Shown in pieces: positions 56,601 to 64,000 of a stretch of 64,000 nt of DNA. This DNA is from Asterias rubens (lineage: Eukaryota): assembly GCF_902459465.1 (NCBI RefSeq), contig NC_047068.1, positions 14,942,001 to 15,006,000 on the forward strand, given 5' to 3'. A program made the position numbers and the translations under genes. Within the stretch, counting starts at the first letter, position 1. Every line of letters begins with the position of its first letter. The notes under the pieces were generated by a model. That model ran no database searches. It was not told where the DNA came from and saw nothing but the letters and a program-made list of their open reading frames with translations.

Positions 56601-59600
56601 TCTGCGACACTGGGAAACTCTGATTGCCTTTCGACCATGAAAAACAGTTTAAAGACACGGAAGTGTTTGTCGACACCAAGTAACGACTCCGTCGTTAGCG
56701 GCAAATCAAAGACGCCACAGGCGAGCGACCAAACAAATGGGAATATCCCAAATGGGTGTGGCAGTCACAGTCAATCGGATGGTATCAAGCCACTCAGAAA
56801 CAAAAACAGCTCTGATCTCAGTAACGGAAACGAAACCCCTCCCGCAAATGGTAAGCAAAGCGGAACATCGGCGATGAAGAAAAGGCTGGGGAAGTTTCGC
56901 ATTCCTGCTAACCAGTCAACTCTCCAAAATGCTTTTGCTCCACTGAAGAAAGGAAATGTTCCACTCAACGTTGTTAAGACAGATATCATAGAGGGCATGA
57001 GTGAAACACACATCAGTGACAAAGAAAATGACCTCAAATGCAGTGAGACGAACAATTGGAGTGGCTCTGTCCATGAGATAATCACCAACTCGACTTTGGA
57101 CGATACACCGCAAGGCATATTATCACCCAACCTGAATGGTGAAGGCGACAACATGGGCTGCATTGACACTCCCTCTGCTGAATGCACAGCAGAGAGCTGC
57201 GACGTCGAGGATGATATTATTGTGAGAGAGCTGAGCTTGATTCAAGGTTTGTTTCAAGGGGCCCTGGTGCTGAGGACACGCTGCAACGAGTGCGAGAGCT
57301 ACACGGAGAGGAGAGAGGAATTCCAAGATATCAGTCTTCCAGTGCGGTGTTTACAAAGATCCACAGGGATGGAGGAAGATGAAGGTGTTCCAGGTACACT
57401 TTTAAATCATTTCAAAACCAACTTTGTCTGCTTTATTTTTCATCCCACAACTTCTCAATTGAATATACCCTGCACCATTTTCCGCAGGGCTCGAAATAAA
57501 CACTGGACCACAGGCCAGGCGTTGAAATTCTCTCTTGAAGGGACACAGCAATTTTATTGGAACTTTGCAGAGGGCACTACAGCAAAAACATGGGGCACTA
57601 CAGCATGCTGTGGGTGCCGTTGGTTATTTCTAGTCCTGACAGGCTAGAGTCTTGTGATTTTAGTATCAGGCCAGTAAACTCACAATAGGACAAGCCCAGT
57701 GGTCTTGTGTTTTTCAATTAAAGCCATTGGACACTTTCTGAACAGAACAGAAGTTAAAAGTTCACAGATTTACAAATAACTTACAGGGTTTACAGAAGGT
57801 AATGTGGTGAAAGACTTCCCTTGAAATATTATTCCATGAAATGCTCGATATCGAGAATAACGATTTATTTCAAACACATGTCATGACACGGCGAAACGTT
57901 TTGAAACAAGGGTGGGTTTTCCCGTTATTTTCTCCCAACTCCGATGACCGATTGAGCCTAAATTTTCACAGGTTATTTGCTATTTTATATATAAGTTGTG
58001 ATACACGAAGTGTGGGCGTTTGGACAATACTGTTTACCGATGTTGTGCGATTGCTTTAAGCAAAATACCTCATTGGGTAATATCTTTGTGAAATAATCTT
58101 GACTGAGAATGTGATAACTATCTTTCAATTCTGTTTCAAATCAAGAGTATCGAAGTACACAAATTCTGGACTTTGCCCAAATTCAGATGCATTTTAAGCG
58201 TTAGATTGTTTACAGATTGTTTTTTGTTGTTGTACGCAAATTGCTTTCCGTAAGTTTAAGATGCCAGGATTACAGTCGGAAACTTCACAGCAACTCAGCT
58301 GGCAGCCCTCTATACCTTAAGACATGTTTGTGATTCTTGTTCTTATAGAAATCATACCGGGTGACTTGTCGCTAAGCTGGGCCATCTCAGAGTTTGCCTG
58401 CGTGGAGCGATTGACAGACGATAACAAGTACTTCTGTGAACAGTGCAGACACCATGCGGAGGCGGAGCGGAGCATGCTGTTTGGAGAGCTACCACCAGTC
58501 TTCACCATTCATCTCAAGAGATTCAGTGCATTTGCTGGATTGTGAGTATAGATATTTGAGTAGGGCACCCTCGCCTAGAGGTCAAAATAGGATTGTCAGA
58601 CCTTAAAATATTCCTACTTTAAGTCTAATTTCCAATTTTTTGGCTCTTGGAAAAATCTAAAATATTGTGACCAAATTAAAGCCTACACTTCGTGTACATT
58701 TATATGAAGGTCAGCCTTTTTTTCAAGGACCAAATATTATGCATGGCTTCTTCCTGTGCGCTGCACATACAAATCTGTGCGTTTATTTCGTCATCGGTTT
58801 ACATCTAAGATGGCGGCTGGTTATTGTCAATGCATATAAGGTCTTTTTCAACAAACCTGAGGTACCTGGATTTAAACCAAGGTCAAATATGGAATGTACA
58901 TAGTTTGTAGTGCTGGGCGAATAGTGAAATTTGGTATTCGGTTAACCGCTGGCCACCTATCCAAAATTAACCGGATATTTGAATATTTTTTTAATTTATT
59001 TTTATTTTTATGTTTTATTTTATTATTTTGGCCGCTAGAGGGTGCTGTTCGTTTGTGGTCGTTCGTAGGGCGGATTGATATTAGTTTTAGACAGTGCTAG
59101 TGTCACTCGGTTCATTCATAAGAATCACCGGATCTAATTTAAAGATGGCGATTTGCTCGTTCTTTTGATATTGTGATTGATTCTACGTGAGGAAAACTTT
59201 CATAATCTTTGAACAAAGATGTCGGAAATGTCATTGTTTTAACTCTTTACGGAGGTGAGCATAGTTAAATACTTATTTTATGCTGTCTTAATAGAAGTTT
59301 CATAAGGATTCAGACAAAACGTTCCTATCGGTCGTCGACCCAACGATCGCGGATAATAGGAATCCGGTTTCTTGGTTGTAATTAGAGGACTATCGGGTTG
59401 ATTAAAAGGTATCCACGCCCCTTGCGGATATCCGGTTAGGTCAAAAATGGTATTCGCGGTTACGGTTAGGAAAAACTATTCGCCATTAACCAGATATTCA
59501 AATTATTCGCCCAGCCCTAATAGTTTTGTTAATGACTGCCATGGATTGATAGCAAGGATTTTGCTTTTTTTTTTCAGTTTATCAGCAGACAGCACAGTGT

Positions 59601-59974
59601 CAAAGATCAATGACCACTTGGCCACTCCCCTTTCCCTGTGCCTGAGCCAGTGGTGTGCCAAACAATGCAAGCAACTCCAATGCAAGTACGACCTGTGCGC
59701 CGTCGTCATGCACAGCGGCGTGTCCAGCTCCAGCGGTCATTACATCAGCTACGTCCAGATCCCGCACCGGCCCCGGCGATCTGGGGAGGAGGGAGAGGAA
59801 GACAGAGAGGCGGATGATCGTGGACAGCCACGCTGGGGCAAGTTTGACGATGAGAAGGTTAGTATTCTTACTCGGCAGGAACTGGCTTCGACTGTCCTCC
59901 ATCCTGTGTCCAGCTCCAGCAGTGCGGCAACGCCTTATTTATTATTCTACAGGCAGGTGCAGGAATCGGACTGA
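53449..59974 (+). CDS. USP1: Ubiquitin carboxyl-terminal hydrolase 1, 6 coding exons, 764 aa
   Basis: join(53449-53600,53909-54215,55695-55795,56249-57393,58349-58541,59578-59974) = 2295 nt, phases chain; USP1-type N-terminal SPPKKRPKLSLKF, Cys box NLGNTCYLNSVLQ.L.FCPGF, LNPMFQGFLQHDSQE, LFQG.LVLRTRC.ECE, WAISEFA.VER, His box SGHY, FDD, TPYLLFY. Confidence 0.92.
53909..54215 (+). CDS. USP1: USP1 coding exon 2 (catalytic Cys box)
   Basis: TTGCAG acceptor, GTAAGA donor. Confidence 0.92.
54257..54650 (+). mobile_element. tRNA-derived SINE whose middle is replaced by a family A MITE fragment (54341-54477)
   Basis: Head TGGACTCAAG...TGATCAGCAGAGTGTGGGTT then TTAAAGGCAGTGGACAC; SINE 3' part resumes TTGTAAAC..TTACATGGTGCTAT. 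Confidence 0.6.
54661..54960 (-). mobile_element. tRNA-derived SINE body with (TTA)n tail, head truncated
   Basis: AATAATAATA tail; GGTTTACAAGGTGC and CTTTTACATGCATTACA shared with 12699 and 23721 copies. Confidence 0.7.
55695..55795 (+). CDS. USP1: USP1 coding exon 3
   Basis: LYDKM...DEVLETIR; ATAG acceptor, GTAAGG donor; phase 0 to 2. Confidence 0.82.
56249..57393 (+). CDS. USP1: USP1 coding exon 4 (QHD box, long insert, Zn-finger start)
   Basis: TTTCAG acceptor; donor at 57394 (alternative in-phase GT at 57385). Confidence 0.88.
57718..58059 (-). mobile_element. TTAA MITE family B, inverted
   Basis: TTAAAGCCATTGGACACTTTC ... TTGCTTTAA; reverse complement of the 41146 body. Confidence 0.85.
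58349..58541 (+). CDS. USP1: USP1 coding exon 5
   Basis: WAISEFACVERL...KYFCEQC...TIHLKRF; TATAG acceptor, GTGAGT donor. Confidence 0.92.
58908..59519. mobile_element. 612-bp hAT-type MITE with 8-bp TSD
   Basis: TIRs TAGTGCTGGGCGAATA / TATTCGCCCAGCCCTA; flanks ATAGTTTG and ATAGTTTT (7/8). Confidence 0.8.
59578..59974 (+). CDS. USP1: USP1 last coding exon (His and Asp boxes)
   Basis: Poly-T CAG acceptor; AVVMHSG...SGHY...FDD...TPYLLFY stop. Confidence 0.92.
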
Positions 59975-60296
59975 TTAATTATTATGGCTGCAATTGGTTT
60001 GCTTCACCTGGTTGACCCTGGTGTACGCATCCAGGTGAGCACCTGACATGAATGAGCTAATCGAACGCCAAATCGACACCAATCGTGGGACAGCTAGCCG
60101 GAATTACTTACATTGTGTGCATTATGTCCGTGGATTCATGAAAAGACTGTAAAACAAGGATAATTAACGGATAAAATACATTCTCTATAGTGACATGCAA
60201 TGATCTATTTTTATCTCATGACTTCTTGGTAATGTCTCAGTAACAGAAGATAATGCGAAGGGTCAAAGGAAGACCCGTGATTGGCTGAGAGTTGTA

Positions 60297-60632
60297 CAGG
60301 CCTTAAACTTCTCTCTTGAAGGGGCACAGCTAGTTCTCTCTGGTAAAGGTCACTTCTATGAAGTAAACAGAAGTTTGTACAGGAACTTTGCACAGGGCAC
60401 CAAGGCAATAGACCGATCCATTAAGCTCCGCCCCATTGCGTATTGACCAATCACAACGCAATGAAGGTCCGACACTAAGGTCCGACATGCGTTCGCGTAT
60501 TATGCCGCGCGCGGCAGAGTTGTGCAGAAAGGCATTGGAGAGCCCCACGTGTTCTTGCTCACACGTGCGTCGTGGGCGGATCCTACTGGATCGGTCTATT
60601 GCTGTTGGTGCCACGGGTTATTTTGAGGCCTG
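60297..60632. mobile_element. CAGGCCT-bounded hAT-like MITE hosting a nested AT-TSD MITE (60410-60597)
   Basis: Host aligns with ~57516-57638 once the insert is removed; insert AT-AGACCGATCCA ... TGGATCGGTCT-AT. Confidence 0.7.
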
Positions 60633-63005
60633 TCATGCCTTTGATGACAGGGCTCTATAATCACAGAGGTCTTCTATGAACTTCAACCCAGATCTCAGAA
60701 AATTTGATTATGACTGTGAGTGAAACCTTTCACGCAGCTACAACTGCTACTATGCAAGTTATTTCTACTTTGTTTTACATACGTTTGCACCAGTTGCAAT
60801 TCAACAGACCATCACACAAGTGTTCTGTTATATATCGCAGATCGATTTTGCAAAATGATCACATGCTTACATTGCAAGAGGTTTGCCTGCATCGTAGATT
60901 GCCTGTGATCTTCTTGTCTATATTTAAATGTTGGAAGCCAGAGTTCAAGCTATTTTTTTTATTGAACTCGACCTGTATTGACTTGTTGTCATACTTACTC
61001 TGCAATCTCTGGAATTAAATTTTTTAAGTTTTGAGGGTTTTGTAGCCAAACTTGTTGCACTTATTTTGTGTTTATGCAAGGGTGTGTAGTGATAGTTCAA
61101 TTAACAAATATTCAGTTCAAGATAATAAGTCATACAGTCAGAACCTCATTCCCAAGGGTGATTGATCTCACTACCCAGCCTGTCTTACTCCCTCATAACC
61201 CCTGGAATCTACTATTTAAAGTGTGCCAGAATCTGGCCTAGACGTGTGGTCGATCCACTCTACACTCGTGCTCAAGTAGGTAACCTGCAAAAGAGGTATC
61301 AAGTCAATGAGCAACTGGTCCCCTCTCATTCTTCTTTGATCTTGTGACATGTCTAACGGTATGCCGTTTTGGGTGACCGTGTAAAAACAGGATTCATTTG
61401 AAATGGGACTGCGTCACGAAACTTGCATTTTTACACGGGCGCACGAAGCATCCTACAAGCGCCACACAAGCGCTCAACATTTATTAACAAGCGAGCACGC
61501 AAACTTGTCCCTTATCGGGACCAATCAGCATTGTTTTTCAGTACGTTCCTACCAGGGGTAGAAAAGTGAGGTATCGATACGGCATGCTGCCCATGCTAGC
61601 AAGACTGATACAGTCAAGGTCTTCAAGCTGTCTGTTGTTACAGTGCGTCATAACTTGGGTAGACTTAAATTTAAGATCACTTTCTAAATTGAGTTCAGTC
61701 CCTGTAAGGTGGTTTTTTTTTTAGGAGAACCTTGAAAGTTGTTCGCATAGTTTGGATGTTGTTCTAACAGGTATTATTTTTTTCTTCGACGATTTGTAAA
61801 TAATCCTCCAAATCTAAATGTTATATATGTAATTCGTGTAAAAGAAAAAAAAATAACTATGCATGTAAGAATAAAAAAGGAAATAATTATCAAATGAAAA
61901 TATTTTTAAGATTCTTTTTAATCACAGACATCTGAACCGGACTTGTAATATTTCCCCCTGGCTCTCTGCAAAGCTGGAGTTCATTTAAAGGTACAAATAT
62001 TTATGATGCATGTTAAAAGCATAATAAACCATAAACCAAAAGAATGATGACATCTGATAATCTGTCTCTTTTTCTTCAGATATTTATTCATATTTATACA
62101 TTTATTACATAACAGTGCACCACTAACTCGTTCTGTAGGATTTTAAACTTCGCATGGGGGTCTATTGTCAGGTGAGGTTTGTGGTAGCACTGGTGGTTGA
62201 CAACTAAACGTTTCTACCAATATGCTCCTGTCTGAAGACAATCGGAACATACTGCTCAAAAGCAATTTTACAACTGCCATTTCTTTTCTTTTTTTCTTCC
62301 TTTTTTTCAGAACCAACACTCCTCTGAAAAGATTTAAACATTTTGCTACCGCAAACCTCGCCCGATTTAAAATACTTTTACAAAATTTTTATCCATTCCT
62401 CACAAAAATGGATTCTACAATCTACCACCTGGGCTTAATTACATAAAGCTGTTTTAAAACCAGAACAAAAAAAATGCTTAGCAAATATGTATGCTGAGCT
62501 GAGCGAAAAATTAATGGGCACCAGTTATAACCTTTCGCTGGTAACCAGTTTCTGATAAGCAAGAACTTTCATTTGCTTAGCAAGTTTCTATGCTTACAGG
62601 CTTTAAATTGGGCCCAGGGATTTGTGAGCAAGAAATGTGCAAAATGCGACACGGTATTTGGGTTAGTAACCTTATTCTGGTTAGCATCATTTTGTGAAAT
62701 TGGGCCCTTAGAAGTTGGAGTGTAATAATCTTAGTAATACACTTGGTTTGGTAAACTTTACATGTGTATTTTAAGTTCATTGCATAGTACATGTTGTGTA
62801 TGAGGGACAAACATTTATGTTGTTTTGAAATCATAGGGAAATATTGTGACTACAGTGTCAACAACATAAAATAGTGAAACAAATGTCTTTATATACCAAA
62901 GGGCTTTGTCAAAATTAATTCAAGAAAATATTACTTTGGGGGGTTAATCCCATAGTGTTTTGATCAATGAATTAGATACATAGTTTAGGAAATTTATTTT
63001 GTCTG

Positions 63006-63364
63006 TTAAAGCCATTGGACCCTTTCGGTAAACAGTATTGTCCAAGGCCCACACTTCGTGTGTCACATCTTATATATAAAATAACAAACCTGTGAAAATT
63101 TAGGCTCAATCGGTCATCGGAGTCGGAAGAAAATAACGGAAAAACCCACTCTTGTATCCGCATGTTCCGCCGTGTCATGACATGTGTTTTTAAATAAGAG
63201 AATTAATATTGTTTTAATGTTTTCTCAAAAAGTAAAGCATTTCATGGAATAATATTTCAGGAGAAGTCTTTCACTATTACCTTCTGTAAACCCTGTAAAT
63301 TATTTGTAAATCTGTGATTGTTTTTTTTTTTTTTTTCTGTACAGAAAGTGTCCAATGGCTTTAA
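63006..63364 (+). mobile_element. TTAA MITE family B
   Basis: TTAAAGCCATTGGACCTTTCGG ... GTGTCCAATGGCTTTAA. Confidence 0.88.
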
Positions 63365-63651
63365 GAAATGTATTTTATCTGTAAATAGATATGACCCTAT
63401 GTCAGTTGTATGAAGAGACTCTTGAGGATACGAGACTCGTAGGTGACGGTGTTCTTGCCTTCGTGCAAGGGTTCTTCCTCTAACGGCTGCTCCACAACTG
63501 CCTTCACATCACGCCCATACGCTGGAAATATAAAAAAAAGACAGATACAAGACTCTTTATCTACACCTAGAAAAAAAAAATTGGCAGTTACAGGTTGCAT
63601 GTCTTCTGATTGGCACCCCTGAACAAAGATAGGGAGGCCGCTAACATAAGG

Positions 63652-63790
63652 CTAGATTAGATAGCTCAGTTGGTAGAGCAATGGCACTTCAATATGGAGG
63701 TTGTTGGTTCACATCCAGCTCCAGTCAATTTGTCTTCAACCCCAAATCATTTAAAATTTACCCAGTCAGTTTCCCTTGTGGTTTATTATT
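63652..63790 (+). mobile_element. tRNA-derived SINE, second family (another partial copy 63930-64000)
   Basis: A box TAGCTCAGTTGGTAGAGC, degenerate B box GGTTCACATCC; no clean cloverleaf. Confidence 0.65.
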
Positions 63791-64000
63791 GGATATCTGA
63801 AATAAAAAGTCATATTCCCTTAAGGTGATCCCTTGGCTGCCGCTTCCCAGGTTGTATAGTAAACTTGGGTGTGATCCCTGGCTATAAGGCAGTTAACGGT
63901 TGAATGGCTTCTGACTGGCACCCTGAGCAAAGTTGGTAGAGTGCCGGCATGTCAGTCTGGCGGTCTTGGTTCAAATCCGGCTCTAGTTTTTTTTCTTTGT

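Noticed and set aside
57394-57647. C-terminal part of the 464-aa ORF 56253-57647
   Set aside because: Read-through into an intron containing hAT-like repeats; USP1 homology resumes at 58349
63652-63730. Possible tRNA gene
   Set aside because: A and B boxes present but the stems do not pair into a cloverleaf, and a diverged second copy follows; treated as SINE

Overview
AT-rich, intron- and repeat-rich eukaryotic DNA. It looks like an invertebrate deuterostome, and echinoderm is my inference rather than something proven. The left ~35 kb holds a tandem minus-strand cluster of five intact intronless secreted-protein genes plus one pseudogene. All share the layout signal peptide - PAN/apple-like Cys domain - Thr/Ser/Pro 9-aa mucin-like stalk (about 1 to about 40 repeats) - C-terminal fibrinogen-related domain (FReD). 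From 36480 the plus strand carries the last 11 coding exons of TSC2/tuberin (splice phases all chain, stop at 48091), then a complete 6-coding-exon USP1 (53449-59974, 764 aa). The first TSC2 exon seen is internal and I found no earlier TSC2 exon in 1-36479, so the FReD cluster appears to be nested antisense in one very large TSC2 intron. The paralogues are mosaics of one another, consistent with unequal crossover and gene conversion. Intergenic and intronic DNA is dense with MITEs (TTAA, 2-bp, AT and 8-bp target duplications), tRNA-derived SINEs and local duplications. Coordinates and alignments were read by eye and no database searches were run.
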